From NCBI GenBank assembly GCA_013214525.1, contig JABSSG010000001.1:18514-82513 (forward strand): a DNA stretch of 64,000 bases, in the 5' to 3' direction. Origin of the DNA: Rickettsiales bacterium (GTDB taxonomy: Bacteria; Pseudomonadota; Alphaproteobacteria; Rickettsiales; JABSSG01). Made by a program: the position numbers and the translations under genes. This document shows, one piece after another, positions 9,915 to 20,519 of this stretch. Below the pieces are notes generated by a model. It was not told the origin of the DNA, did no database searches, and was given only the letters and a program-made list of their open reading frames with translations. Numbering within the stretch: the first letter of the stretch is position 1; each line of letters starts with the position of its first letter.

Positions 9915-10836
9915 TCAAAACATATTGGTAATAAAACATGGCAGTCTGGGCGACTGGATTCAGGCCACAGGAGCTTTCAAATTAATCCGCACCAAACACC
10001 CAAAAGCTAAAATAACTGTATTAACACACCCTAACTATTCATCACTTGCTCGTAACTGTAGTTGGTTTAATGAAATTTGTTTAGATAGGCGTTTGCCTGC
10101 ATATAAAATATTTTCAAATTTTAAAATAATAAAACAGCTACGGAATCATAATTACACTCATGTTTATGATTTACAATGCTCTAAACGCACAAACTTATAT
10201 CACCACTTAATAAAAGATAAGGTAAAAAACTGGTATGGTAGAGCGAAAGGATGTTCTCATTATGTTCCTTTCAATAATTCTGCTCACTCAGTAGAATTAT
10301 CATATGATATAATAAAAGCTTCAGGAATAAATGATTTCCCTACTCCAGATATAAATTGGTTAAAAACAGATAAGCTTGATAAAAAAATAAAACATCTAAA
10401 CAATTTTGCTCTTTTTATCCCAGGTTCATCAGCCAAACACTCAGCAAAAAGATGGGTAGCAGAAAGATATGCAAAAGTAATAGATTGGCTACATAATAAA
10501 AAGATTAGATCTGTATTAATAGGAACAGAAATAGACAAACAAATAATCAATGAAATTATATTATATTGCACCGCAACACCTATTAATTTAATAAATCAAG
10601 CTGGGTTTGCAGAAACAGCAGAGCTTGCTCGAGCTTCACGCATAATTATTGGCAGTGATACAGGGCCAACCCATATTGCAAATGCAACTAAAACTCCTAC
10701 CTTAACTTTATTTACAGGAGCTTCTAATCCTAAAAAATCTAGCCCATGGGGAACAAATATATTAAGTGGTAATTCTCCTGAACTACTTTCTACCAACACA
10801 GTTCTAACAAAAATTAGTGAAATACTGAAACTCTAA
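9895..10836 (+). CDS. Glycosyltransferase family 9 (LPS heptosyltransferase-like)
   Basis: N-terminal ILVIKHGSLGDWIQATGAF and C-terminal IGSDTGPTHIA motifs typical of GT9. Confidence 0.75.
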   Translation: MIKNTLNQNILVIKHGSLGDWIQATGAFKLIRTKHPKAKITVLTHPNYSSLARNCSWFNEICLDRRLPAYKIFSNFKIIKQLRNHNYTHVYDLQCSKRTNLYHHLIKDKVKNWYGRAKGCSHYVPFNNSAHSVELSYDIIKASGINDFPTPDINWLKTDKLDKKIKHLNNFALFIPGSSAKHSAKRWVAERYAKVIDWLHNKKIRSVLIGTEIDKQIINEIILYCTATPINLINQAGFAETAELARASRIIIGSDTGPTHIANATKTPTLTLFTGASNPKKSSPWGTNILSGNSPELLSTNTVLTKISEILKL

Positions 10837-10863
10837 AACCTTTCTAATCCATAATTGGAGTTC

Positions 10864-12087
10864 CTAATCCATCAGTGGCGTTGAGATTTTAAGCTTTGCT
10901 GTTGCCTGTGCTATTTTAAGCAATGCTTTTTGTAAAACATCATCCTTTACTGCATAAGACAATCTAAAATGATTTTTGACTCCAAAAACAGAACCAGGTA
11001 TTACAAAAACATTCTGTGTCTCGAGAAGATAATTACAAAAATCTTTATCATCTTTTATAACCATACCATTTGGGGTAGTACTATTTACAAACTTACTACA
11101 ACTTGGAAAAACATAAAAAGCCCCGGAAGGTTTTACACATGTGAAACCTTCTGTTTCTGTAAAAAACTTATAAACTATATCTCTTCTTTTTTTAAGTATT
11201 TGCATATAATCTTGTATGGCTGTTTGATCCCCATCTAATGCTTCTACAGCAGCATACTGACTAATAGAACATGGCCCTGACAAGCTTTGTGATTGCATAA
11301 TTTTTATTGCATTGATTACCTCTTTACAACCAATGCCATAACCTATTCTCCATCCAGTCATGGCATAAGTTTTGGAACAACCATTAACAATAAAGATCCT
11401 CTCACTTAACTCAGGGGCAACATCTATTAAAGAATAAATATCATCATCGTAAGTAAAATCCTCATAAATATCATCAGAAATTATGTATAAATTAGGATAT
11501 TTCTTAACAACTTCTACAATTTCTCTTAATTCACTTCTTGAATACTTAACTCCACTTGGATTATTAGGAGAGTTTATAAGCAATAGCTTTGACTTTTTAG
11601 TGATTGCTTTATCTAATTCTTCAGGATCAAGTTTAAAATTATTTTGTTCTTTGCATTCAACAGAAACTGTTACTCCTTTATTCATTTTTATAGTTGCACT
11701 ATATGAAACCCAATACGGAGTTGGAAGCAATACTTCATCTCCTTTGTTTAAACTTGCCCAAAAAAGCCCGTAAAGTATATATTTAGCACCACTAGACGCA
11801 ATTATGTTGTTTGGCGAAAAATTTTCATATCCTACTCTTTTTAAATACTTCCTATAAATTGCATCTTTGAGCTCTGCTATACCATCTACTGGGGTATAAA
11901 GAGTCCTCTCATCATCAATTGCCTTATGTGCAGCTTTTTTAATATTTTCTGGAGTGCCACAATCTGCTTCACCTATTGATAAATTTAAAACATCTATTCC
12001 TTTGCCTGCTAGTTCTCTTGCTTTCGCAGCAAGCTTAAAAGTTGGTGAAATGCTGTTCCCTTTTGCATGTTCTGCTAATATACCCAT
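10864..12087 (-). CDS. aatA: Aspartate/aromatic aminotransferase (class I PLP enzyme)
   Basis: SKTYAMTGWRIGY PLP-lysine motif and NPSG motif. The start is either ATG 12087 or TTG 12099. Confidence 0.85.
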   Translation of the reverse strand: MGILAEHAKGNSISPTFKLAAKARELAGKGIDVLNLSIGEADCGTPENIKKAAHKAIDDERTLYTPVDGIAELKDAIYRKYLKRVGYENFSPNNIIASSGAKYILYGLFWASLNKGDEVLLPTPYWVSYSATIKMNKGVTVSVECKEQNNFKLDPEELDKAITKKSKLLLINSPNNPSGVKYSRSELREIVEVVKKYPNLYIISDDIYEDFTYDDDIYSLIDVAPELSERIFIVNGCSKTYAMTGWRIGYGIGCKEVINAIKIMQSQSLSGPCSISQYAAVEALDGDQTAIQDYMQILKKRRDIVYKFFTETEGFTCVKPSGAFYVFPSCSKFVNSTTPNGMVIKDDKDFCNYLLETQNVFVIPGSVFGVKNHFRLSYAVKDDVLQKALLKIAQATAKLKISTPLMD

Positions 12088-12111
12088 AAATGCTCCCAAT
12101 ATTAAATTTAA

Positions 12112-12160
12112 CCATACTAATCATACTTGAAGAATCCTAGTTTTAAAGAAAGAAAATAAA
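12112..12160. repeat. Family A element, left arm only
   Basis: CATACTAATCATACTTGAAGAATCCTAGTTTTAAAGAAAGAAAAT matches family A left arms. Confidence 0.7.
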
Positions 12161-12163
12161 TAG

Positions 12164-12327
12164 TATACTCATTACTCTTGAAGAGTCTTAGTTTTAAAGA
12201 CAGAAAATAGAGCTGATATCAAGCTTAAAAATCCGAGAATATTGGCGATATTTGAGGTATTTTTATGCGAAGATAGCGGTTTTATTTTCAAACTTAAAAA
12301 CTGGAGTCTTCATGTGTGATGAGTATA
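12164..12327. repeat. Family A element (full copy), ending on the base before the dksA stop codon
   Basis: Arms TATACTCATTACTCTTGAAGAGTCTTAGTTTTAAAG / CTTAAAAACTGGAGTCTTCATGTGTGATGAGTATA. Confidence 0.85.
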
Positions 12328-12747
12328 TTACTCATCACTAAATGTTTTCTCCTGTCTTTCATGACGTTCTTGTGCATCAATGCATAATGTAGCAACAGGT
12401 CTAGCCTCTAAACGCTTTATCCCAATAGGATCCCCAGTTTCTTCACAATAACCATATGTGCCATTATTAATTCTCTCAAGTGCATGGTCAATTTTAGTTA
12501 AAAGTTTACGATATCTATCACGAGTTCGTAATTCTGATGCTGTTTCTATTTCTGCTGCAGCTTTGTCAATCACATCTGGTTCATTTAATTTTTCTTCCTT
12601 CAAATGATTCATAGTTTCTTGAGCTTCCTGAATTAATTGTTCCTTCCATATCAAAAGTTTATTTTTAAAATATTCTAATTGCTTAGCATTCATATATTCT
12701 TCCTTCTCTGAAGGAACGTATTCTTTCTCAAGTGTTATCTTTGTCAT
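12328..12747 (-). CDS. dksA: RNA polymerase-binding transcription factor DksA
   Basis: Coiled-coil N-terminus and a C4-type zinc-finger region CEETGDPIGIKRLEARPVATLCIDAQ. Confidence 0.9.
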   Translation of the reverse strand: MTKITLEKEYVPSEKEEYMNAKQLEYFKNKLLIWKEQLIQEAQETMNHLKEEKLNEPDVIDKAAAEIETASELRTRDRYRKLLTKIDHALERINNGTYGYCEETGDPIGIKRLEARPVATLCIDAQERHERQEKTFSDE

Positions 12748-12892
12748 AAATTATTTTGTGATGAAATTAGATTTAATAATAATAATTAGATCAGCAAAAT
12801 ATCTTTATCCCAAATAATTTAGTCAACTGATTTAAAGTTATTTTCTATGCTGAAAAAATTGATGTATTTATGCAAAGACACTCTTACTGAAA

Positions 12893-13060
12893 TATATACT
12901 CCTCGCACTTGAAGATTACGATATTTTAAGACAGAAAACAGAGATGATATCAAGCTTAAAAATCCAAGAATATTGGTGATATTTGAGGTGTTTCTAAGCG
13001 AAGATAGTAGCTTTATTTTCAAACTTAAAAATAGGAATGTTCAAGTACGAGGAGTATATA
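12893..13060. repeat. Family A element (full copy)
   Basis: Arms TATATACTCCTCGCACTTGAAG / CTTAAAAATAGGAATGTTCAAGTACGAGGAGTATATA. Track ORF 12819..13022 lies inside it. Confidence 0.85.
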
Positions 13061-13077
13061 TCTATGGTTTTTTAAAG

Positions 13078-14274
13078 TTATATAACCATATTAAATATCT
13101 CAACTGAAATAACTATCATCCCTATAATAATCGATAGCACTATTGGCCATTTATACTTCAGCTCATAATAATAGAACGAAGTTATCTTAGCTTTATATAA
13201 TAAATAAATAGGCAATAAAATTGCTATAACCACTAATATCATTCCAGCAAAACTCAAAGCTGATATGAAAGCATGTGGAATCACAATAGCGACCAAACAA
13301 GCTGGAAACAACGTTAAAACAGAAGCAAATACATTCCGTGAAGCAATATTTGGCACTGATCTAGTAAGCATCTTTCTTAAAGATTCACATAACCCTACGC
13401 TTACTCCCAGAACCGATGTAATAATTGCTAACAAAGAAATCCACCAAATCAATACCTGTACATACCGCCACTTAATCAATATTGTAAGTTCTTTAATTAA
13501 CTCTCCAACGTCTACTTGTCCTGCTATCATCAACTTGTAAAATGCAGGATTTTTATTATACAACACACCTAGTAAACTACATGTCCAAATAATATATGTT
13601 ATTGCTGGAATAAGACTGCCCCAAAAGAAAACTTTTTTTAACATTCTTGAATCTCTATTGCAATAATTAGTGAGTGTATGAAAGATCACTTGGAATCCAA
13701 ACGAGGTAAACACTATTGGTATCGCTACTCTCCAACTTGATATTTCCACATAGCTAGCAGAAACCATAGGTATTTGAGTCCAATTAACAGTAGTAACAAG
13801 ACCCAGTATTAGTATTGCAATAGTTGTAATTGCTCCTACAAATAACAATCTATTAATATAGTCTATCCATTTAATAGGAAATAAAAGCATCAATGTTATA
13901 ATAAATGTATAAATTATTGCTATATTACTCTGAGATAAACTTGTATCGAACATTTTTTGTAATAGAGAAGAACCACCATAGATATAGGCAGAGAGCAAAG
14001 AATACGAAAGTAACTTAATACTAGATACTCCTATCATTTCTGCTATTTTTCCTGAGTAACGCTTCCCTAACTCACCTAAACTTAACCCACGCCCAGCCTG
14101 TAAATTCAATTCAAGATGTATGAGAGACGTATAATACATAACTACCCATATTGATAGCATTAATACTATACTTAAAACTAAACCTAATTTGGCAAGCACC
14201 ATAGGTAATGCTATCATACCACTCCCTATACAAGTACCTGCCACTAACATAATGGAACCAATTTTTTTCTGCAT
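13078..14274 (-). CDS. Aromatic amino acid (Tyr/Trp-type, HAAAP family) permease
   Basis: 398 aa, about 11 TM segments, N-terminal LVAGTCIGSGMIALP motif typical of TyrP/Mtr-like transporters. Confidence 0.7.
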   Translation of the reverse strand: MQKKIGSIMLVAGTCIGSGMIALPMVLAKLGLVLSIVLMLSIWVVMYYTSLIHLELNLQAGRGLSLGELGKRYSGKIAEMIGVSSIKLLSYSLLSAYIYGGSSLLQKMFDTSLSQSNIAIIYTFIITLMLLFPIKWIDYINRLLFVGAITTIAILILGLVTTVNWTQIPMVSASYVEISSWRVAIPIVFTSFGFQVIFHTLTNYCNRDSRMLKKVFFWGSLIPAITYIIWTCSLLGVLYNKNPAFYKLMIAGQVDVGELIKELTILIKWRYVQVLIWWISLLAIITSVLGVSVGLCESLRKMLTRSVPNIASRNVFASVLTLFPACLVAIVIPHAFISALSFAGMILVVIAILLPIYLLYKAKITSFYYYELKYKWPIVLSIIIGMIVISVEIFNMVI

Positions 14275-14628
14275 TTTATAATATGATTAAATTATTTGAT
14301 TAATAAGCCTACTTTTTGTAGTTAGCTTTATAAAAAATTTAGAAATTGTCGTGAGAGTTAATAATAGCGAGCTAGAACCCGCTAAAACAAAAAGAAAAGG
14401 AATTATTATATGCAATTGCACTCAGCCTATCTAAAATAGAGAAAATTAAACCTAGCATATAATTAATAAAATTGTTTACCAATAAGTATAAACACTAACA
14501 AACTCCTTCCCGTTAGTCAATGGAATTTCTAAAATTGCTTGGTTCACAATAGATTCAAGTTAAAAATATGAATTAATTCTTCATAATGACAAAATAGATA
14601 CTTGAAAATTATATATCGCAGTATCATC

Positions 14629-14698
14629 TATACTATATCGATCATACTTGAAAATTCCTATTTTTAAGCATGCCCCTGCGAAAGCAGGGGATTGAAAA
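14629..14698. repeat. Family A arm fragment with nested CCCCTGC-GAAA-GCAGGGG hairpin
   Basis: TATACTATATCGATCATACTTGAAAATTCCTATTTTTAAG followed by the GC-clamped hairpin at 14673..14690. The same arrangement occurs inverted at 23301..23340. Confidence 0.65.
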
Positions 14699-14722
14699 TA
14701 AAAACAATAAATTTTTATAAAC

Positions 14723-17272
14723 ATGAACTTAGAAAAATTTACAGACAAAGCACGTACTATACTACAAACAGCCCATTCCTCAGCTATTGCAGCTGGTCAT
14801 CAAAGAATTCTACCAGAACACATATTAAAGAGCATGCTTGATGACTCAGACAGCATCACATCACAACTTATAACAAATTGTGGTGGAAATATTAATGCTA
14901 TATACAGAGATTTAGAAAATTTTTTAAATAAATTACCTTCTGTAAGTGGCAACCAAGCTGAACAAGTGTTTTTAACTCAAGAAACAGCTAAGGCTTTAGA
15001 GAAAGCAACTTCACTTGCAAAAAAATCAGGAGATGAATTCGTAACAGCTGACAGATTATTGCAAGCAATTACAAGTTTTAGTGAAGTATTAAAATCACAG
15101 AATATAACAGAACAAAAAATAGAAGAAGCTATAAATAAACTAAGGAAAGGAAGAAAGGCAGATAGCAAAACAGCAGAAGTTAGCTATCAAGCTTTAAAGA
15201 AATATTCAAAAGATATTACACAACTCGTCCTAGATGGAAAAATCGACCCAGTGATCGGTAGAGATGAAGAAATTAGAAGAACTGTTCAAGTTCTTTCAAG
15301 AAGAACTAAAAATAATCCTGTTTTAATAGGGGAGCCAGGAGTTGGTAAAACCGCTATAGTAGAAGGGCTTGCTATTCGTGTAACACATGGCGATGTCCCT
15401 GATAACTTAAAAAATGCACGGGTAATTTCCTTAGACCTAGGGGCATTAGTAGCAGGAGCTAAATTTCGTGGAGAATTTGAGGAGCGTTTAAAAGCAGTTT
15501 TACATGAAATAGAGAATTCCCAGGAAGATATAATTTTATTCATAGACGAATTACATATGCTGGTAGGAGCTGGAAAAGTAGAAGGTGCAATGGATGCATC
15601 CAACCTATTAAAACCTGCACTTGCTCGTGGTGAATTACATTGTATAGGTGCTACAACTCTTGATGAATATAGAAAATACATTGAAAAAGATGCAGCACTT
15701 GCAAGAAGATTTCAATCCGTTTATGTAGCAGAACCTACTATTGAAGATACAATCTCCATCTTAAGAGGGATAAAAGAGAAATACGAACTACATCATGGGA
15801 TACGAATTTCTGACACCGCCATAGTAGCAGCAGCAAAACTTTCTCATAGATATATAACTGACCGATTTCTTCCTGATAAAGCAATAGATTTAGTAGATGA
15901 AGCAGCAAGCAGAGTACGCATGGAAGTATTTAGCAAGCCAGAAGACATAGACGAATTGGATAGAAGAATTATTAAATTACGAATGGAAGAATCAGCTTTA
16001 AAAAAAGAAGAAGACAAAGCCTCAAAAGAAAGACTTACTAAAATTCGTAAAGAATTAGTTTCCTTAGAGGAAAAATCACTTGAGCTAACCAGTAAATGGA
16101 AAGCAGAAAAAACAAAATTAGAAAGCATCAATAAATTAAAAGAGCAATTAGATACAGAAAAACATAATCTTGAAACAGCAGAACGATCAGGTAATTTAGC
16201 TAAAGCAAGTGAAATTGCTTACGGCATCATTCCAGAAATTCAAAAAAAAATAAAAGATGCAGAAAAGATAAAAAAGGATGATGGATTATGGAAAAATGTT
16301 GTTAGTGAAGCAGATATAGCCAATGTTGTTTCGCGTGCTACAGGTATTCCTGTACAAAAAATGCTAGAAGGTGAAAAAACAAAACTTCTCACTATGGAAG
16401 AAATTTTAAGCAAATCCGTAGTAGGACAAAAAGATGCAATTATTGCTGTCAGCAACGCAATTAGAAGGTCTAGAGCTGGCATTCATGATGTCAACAAACC
16501 TATTGGCTCCTTCTTATTTTTAGGACCAACTGGAGTAGGTAAAACTGAATTGTCAAAAGCCTTAGCACAATTTATATTTGACGATAGCTCTTGCATGACC
16601 AGAGTAGATATGTCTGAATATATGGAGAAACACTCAGTATCACGCTTAATAGGAGCCCCTCCTGGATATGTAGGATATGAACAAGGTGGAGCATTGACTG
16701 AATCAATTAGAAGAAGATCATATCAAGTAATATTATTCGATGAGATAGAAAAAGCACATCCAGATGTTTTTAATTTGCTGCTACAAGTATTAGATGACGG
16801 TAGACTAACCGACGGTCAAGGGAGAACTGTAGATTTCAGAAATACTATAATTATTCTTACATCAAATATAGGAGCAAATCTTTTAATTGAAAAAGGTAAT
16901 GAAGCTAAAAAAGAAGTTTTAGATTTAGTTAGATCATCTTTCCGCCCAGAATTTATAAACAGATTAGATGAAATAATAATATTTCATAAGCTGTCTATGG
17001 ATGATCTAATAAAAATAGTTGAAATACAAATATCAAATTTTGAGGAATTACTTAGAGATAAAAAACTAAAACTTACCATAACAAATTCTGCAAAAGAATG
17101 GTTAGCAGAAAATGGTTTTGATAATACATATGGTGCACGACCTCTAAAAAGATTAATTCAAAAAGATATCCAAAATACATTAGCTCAAATGATTTTGTCT
17201 GGAGAAATAAAAGAAGACGATAATATTAAAATAGACTCAGATAAAAACGGTATAAAAATATCAAAATTATAA
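14723..17272 (+). CDS. clpB: Chaperone ClpB (AAA+ disaggregase)
   Basis: 849 aa with two Walker A sites ([18 protein letters not shown]), a long middle coiled coil, and the ClpB N-domain. Confidence 0.95.
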   Translation: MNLEKFTDKARTILQTAHSSAIAAGHQRILPEHILKSMLDDSDSITSQLITNCGGNINAIYRDLENFLNKLPSVSGNQAEQVFLTQETAKALEKATSLAKKSGDEFVTADRLLQAITSFSEVLKSQNITEQKIEEAINKLRKGRKADSKTAEVSYQALKKYSKDITQLVLDGKIDPVIGRDEEIRRTVQVLSRRTKNNPVLIGEPGVGKTAIVEGLAIRVTHGDVPDNLKNARVISLDLGALVAGAKFRGEFEERLKAVLHEIENSQEDIILFIDELHMLVGAGKVEGAMDASNLLKPALARGELHCIGATTLDEYRKYIEKDAALARRFQSVYVAEPTIEDTISILRGIKEKYELHHGIRISDTAIVAAAKLSHRYITDRFLPDKAIDLVDEAASRVRMEVFSKPEDIDELDRRIIKLRMEESALKKEEDKASKERLTKIRKELVSLEEKSLELTSKWKAEKTKLESINKLKEQLDTEKHNLETAERSGNLAKASEIAYGIIPEIQKKIKDAEKIKKDDGLWKNVVSEADIANVVSRATGIPVQKMLEGEKTKLLTMEEILSKSVVGQKDAIIAVSNAIRRSRAGIHDVNKPIGSFLFLGPTGVGKTELSKALAQFIFDDSSCMTRVDMSEYMEKHSVSRLIGAPPGYVGYEQGGALTESIRRRSYQVILFDEIEKAHPDVFNLLLQVLDDGRLTDGQGRTVDFRNTIIILTSNIGANLLIEKGNEAKKEVLDLVRSSFRPEFINRLDEIIIFHKLSMDDLIKIVEIQISNFEELLRDKKLKLTITNSAKEWLAENGFDNTYGARPLKRLIQKDIQNTLAQMILSGEIKEDDNIKIDSDKNGIKISKL

Positions 17273-17298
17273 TATCGTACGATTAGTATAATTTATTC

Positions 17299-17796
17299 TC
17301 AAATCATGCTCTTAACTTCAGAGTTTGAATATTTTTTTAGCTCCCTTGTATTTACAACAACAGTACCAGAAATTAGGTCATGCCAAGCTCTACGTTTTTT
17401 ATTTAAGACCATATAAAATATTCCCAATCCAAGAGGTAAAAAGGAAACCCAGTATGAACATAACCTAACAACTAGCTGAAAAATACTAGGATCTTTAAAA
17501 GTTTTTGCATCTACAATTTTCATTGACAACAGCATTTTGCCAGGAGTTGTATATTTTTTTACCCAAAAAATAAATATAGCAGCACCTAAAAACCCAATCT
17601 GAATAATTTGTTGAACTATTCTCCATTTTAAACTCATCATAAACGATTTACCAACGATTGAATGTATTAAAAAAAATATTGGCATTAATACTAATATAGT
17701 AAGAGTTATATCAACCAATGAAGCAAATAATCGCCCTTGAAAAGACGGGTATAATCTCTTATATGGACTATTATGATCCCATAAAAATTTAAGCAT
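17299..17796 (-). CDS. RDD-family membrane protein
   Basis: 165 aa, 3 TM segments, C-terminal RRAWHDLISGTVVV motif. Confidence 0.65.
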   Translation of the reverse strand: MLKFLWDHNSPYKRLYPSFQGRLFASLVDITLTILVLMPIFFLIHSIVGKSFMMSLKWRIVQQIIQIGFLGAAIFIFWVKKYTTPGKMLLSMKIVDAKTFKDPSIFQLVVRLCSYWVSFLPLGLGIFYMVLNKKRRAWHDLISGTVVVNTRELKKYSNSEVKSMI

Positions 17797-17824
17797 AAGA
17801 ATTTATATATTTTATCGACATAGA

Positions 17825-17874
17825 TATACTCATCACACCTGAAGACTCCGGTTTTTAAGTTTGTAATGAGTATA
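17825..17874. repeat. Family A miniature copy (arms only)
   Basis: TATACTCATCACACCTGAAGACTCCGGTTTTTAAG...TAATGAGTATA. Confidence 0.6.
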
Positions 17875-18061
17875 GGTTAATTTATAAATTGCTCTTGTAA
17901 AGATATTATACTGTTTGATATATAATCTAATAAAATATCTCAAATACTGTGTTATTTAGTTATTTACTGACAAATTTATTCTCTACAGAATTTATATCAT
18001 TTCAACAAACGTCATATTCATGATATTTTAGTAAGAGAAACAAGAAATTCACAAAAAAGAG

Positions 18062-19033
18062 ATGGTAAGGTCAATAGCAATAGAAAAAATAGGCACCCCT
18101 GAAGTACTTTCTCTTACAGAAAAACCATTACGTAAACCTCAAGGAAGCGAAGTATTAATTAAGCATGAAGCAATTGGACTTAATTTTATTGATATCCAAT
18201 ATCGCAGAGGAACTCGTCCTTTAAAAACACCTAATGTTTTAGGTTGTGAGGCAGCAGGATATATTGAGGAAGTAGGAGAAAATGCAACTGAATTCAATAT
18301 TGGTGATAGAGTTGCATATGCTACTGCACCATATGGTGCATATTCTGAAAAAAGAATTATCAATCAACAATATTTAGTCCCCCTACCTGATTATATTAGT
18401 TTTACTGATGCTGCTGCCATGCTTAATAAAGGTATTACAGCTCATTATCTACTAAGACGAACTTTTTTTGTTGCAGATAAAAACATTATTATGATAAACG
18501 CAGCCAGCAGTGGAGTTGGACAACTTCTTTGCCAACTTGCTCAACATTATGGTGCTAAAGTAATTGCTATTGCTGAATCAGAAGAAAAATATAATAAGCT
18601 AAACTCATTAGGTATAAATACCATAATCAACTCCGAAAAAAATGATATGCTATCTTCAGTAATGTCACATACTTCAAAAAATGGTGTACATGTTGTATAT
18701 GATTCCATTGGAAAAGATAGTTTTGAAACATCTATAAAATGTCTAGGAAATTTTGGATTAATGGTAAATTTCATTAACAGTTCTGGAGATATTCCACCTA
18801 TAGAGCCAAAAACGTTACGAGAAAAATGTTTATTTTTTACTTCCACAGATTTATTTACTTATCAAAAAGAGAGGGCTGAACTATTGCTCACTTCAAATGA
18901 AGTTTTTTCTTTAATCAAACAAAAAGCTATAAAGTCAAATATTTATAAGCAATACTTATTTTCTGAAATAAAAGAAGCACATTCTGACCTAGAAAATCAT
19001 AAAGTAATTGGTCAATGTATTTTAATACCTTAA
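18062..19033 (+). CDS. qor: NADPH:quinone oxidoreductase (zeta-crystallin / MDR family)
   Basis: 323 aa with a GroES-like N-domain and an AASSGVGQ Rossmann motif. Confidence 0.8.
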   Translation: MVRSIAIEKIGTPEVLSLTEKPLRKPQGSEVLIKHEAIGLNFIDIQYRRGTRPLKTPNVLGCEAAGYIEEVGENATEFNIGDRVAYATAPYGAYSEKRIINQQYLVPLPDYISFTDAAAMLNKGITAHYLLRRTFFVADKNIIMINAASSGVGQLLCQLAQHYGAKVIAIAESEEKYNKLNSLGINTIINSEKNDMLSSVMSHTSKNGVHVVYDSIGKDSFETSIKCLGNFGLMVNFINSSGDIPPIEPKTLREKCLFFTSTDLFTYQKERAELLLTSNEVFSLIKQKAIKSNIYKQYLFSEIKEAHSDLENHKVIGQCILIP

Positions 19034-19038
19034 TTGAA

Positions 19039-20277
19039 TTACTTAGAGTAATAAAGCTTCTTATTTAAAGTACCTTCCCATTTATCAACAATTAAAGTTA
19101 TTGTCGCATCTCCTGTGATATTTAATGTGGTACGAGTCATATCTAATATTCTATCAATACCAACTATAAGAGCAATTCCATCTATTGGAATATTTACAGC
19201 CGAAAGCACCATTGGCAACATTATTATACTCCCTGAAGGAATACCTGCTCCCCCTATTGAACCTAATGTTGAGGTAAATATTATCATTATGTAGTCCATA
19301 ACGCTTAAATCTATTTGATAAACCTGTGCAAAAAATAAAACACAAATTCCAAGATAAATCGCTAAACCATCCATATTTACAGCAGCACCTAATGGCAATA
19401 CAAAAGAAGTACTTACTGGTGAAACGCCAAGCTTCCTACAAACTTTCATAGTTGTTGCAAGTGTAGCTTTACTGCTACTAGTAGAAAGAGCTATAAGTTG
19501 GTATTCTACACTTTTTTTGTAAAACGGCATTGGTGAAAGACCGGTGAACATAATCATTACACCAAAAATGATATATTGAACAAGAATTGCCAAAAAAAAT
19601 ACTAGAATTAATGCACCTAAACTCTGTAATACAGCTATCCCTTGTGTGCCGACAACTGCTGCAGAAAAACCAAAGGCACCATAAGGAGCTAGTTTCAATA
19701 TCACTTCTATCATCTTAAAGACAATTTTGAAACCTACATCAAATACTTTTACTAAATCTTCCCTTTGTTCTCGTAACAAATTTATGACAAAGCCAGTGAA
19801 GAATGAGAAAAATACGACTTGCAAGAATTTTCCAGATACTAAAGCATTTAAAGCATTATCCGGAATTATATCCTTCATTATTTTAGTAATATTAAATGTA
19901 TTGGTAGATGCTTCTCTATGAAGTTCCTTCAACCCTAAAGATTCTAGCTCTAACCCTGAACCAGGTTTTAGAAAATGACTAAGTAGTAATCCTAACGCTA
20001 CTGCAAAAGTTGTAGTAACCAAAAAAAGCACCACAGCTTTACCAGTAATTCTGGTTAATTTTGATGTATCCTCTACATTTATTATTGCCGTTACAATCGA
20101 GATATAAATCAAAGGCACTATCACCATCTTGATTAATCTCATAAACAATTCACCAATTGGCTGTAAATGAACCGCTTTCTCCTGAAAAATTAACCCTGTA
20201 ACTATACCAAGAACAAGACCGATCATTACTTGTTGCCAAAGCAAAGCTTTTGTCCAAAATTTAACTATACGTTGCAT
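19039..20277 (-). CDS. Dicarboxylate/amino acid:cation symporter (GltP-like), tandem copy 1
   Basis: 412 aa with DAACS motifs (SSSKATLATT, NMDGLAI, DRILDMTRTTLNITGDA). Confidence 0.85.
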   Translation of the reverse strand: MQRIVKFWTKALLWQQVMIGLVLGIVTGLIFQEKAVHLQPIGELFMRLIKMVIVPLIYISIVTAIINVEDTSKLTRITGKAVVLFLVTTTFAVALGLLLSHFLKPGSGLELESLGLKELHREASTNTFNITKIMKDIIPDNALNALVSGKFLQVVFFSFFTGFVINLLREQREDLVKVFDVGFKIVFKMIEVILKLAPYGAFGFSAAVVGTQGIAVLQSLGALILVFFLAILVQYIIFGVMIMFTGLSPMPFYKKSVEYQLIALSTSSSKATLATTMKVCRKLGVSPVSTSFVLPLGAAVNMDGLAIYLGICVLFFAQVYQIDLSVMDYIMIIFTSTLGSIGGAGIPSGSIIMLPMVLSAVNIPIDGIALIVGIDRILDMTRTTLNITGDATITLIVDKWEGTLNKKLYYSK

Positions 20278-20356
20278 CAGATTCTTACCTCCAAATTTTC
20301 TTCAAAAGTATAAATTTAATGGAATACACCTCAACTATCAAGGAATTTATAAAAAA

Positions 20357-20511
20357 TATACTTATCGCACCTGAAGAGTCCGATATTTTAAGACAGAAAA
20401 TAGAGTTAATATCGAGTCCAAAAATCCTGGACGTATTTGAGAGATTTTTTGACGAAGATAGTAGCTCTATTTTCAAACTAAAAATAGGGATGTTCAGGTA
20501 CGATAAGTATA
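20357..20511. repeat. Family A element (full copy) at the junction of the symporter duplication
   Basis: Arms TATACTTATCGCACCTGAAGAGTCCGATATTTTAAG / CTAAAAATAGGGATGTTCAGGTACGATAAGTATA. Confidence 0.85.
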
Positions 20512-20519
20512 TATGTTGC

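Noticed and set aside
12819-13022. Small ORFs 12819..13022, 20285..20476 and 20319..20528.
   Set aside because: They are contained in or generated by family A palindromic elements. The last begins with the duplicated ruvX 5' remnant. Similar pseudo-ORFs arise wherever the repeat occurs.
8872-13060. The dispersed repeats as a CRISPR array.
   Set aside because: The copies are 150 to 180 bp, internally palindromic, irregularly spaced over the whole 64 kb, and present in both orientations. There are no short direct repeats with uniform spacers and no cas genes.
14601-14660. CTTGAAA motifs upstream of clpB as a sigma-32 heat-shock promoter.
   Set aside because: The CTTGAA strings are part of family A repeat arms (…TACTTGAAGAATCC…) and occur wherever the repeat does. 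Spacing to any CCCCAT-like -10 element is too long (about 19 to 23 nt). There is no independent support.
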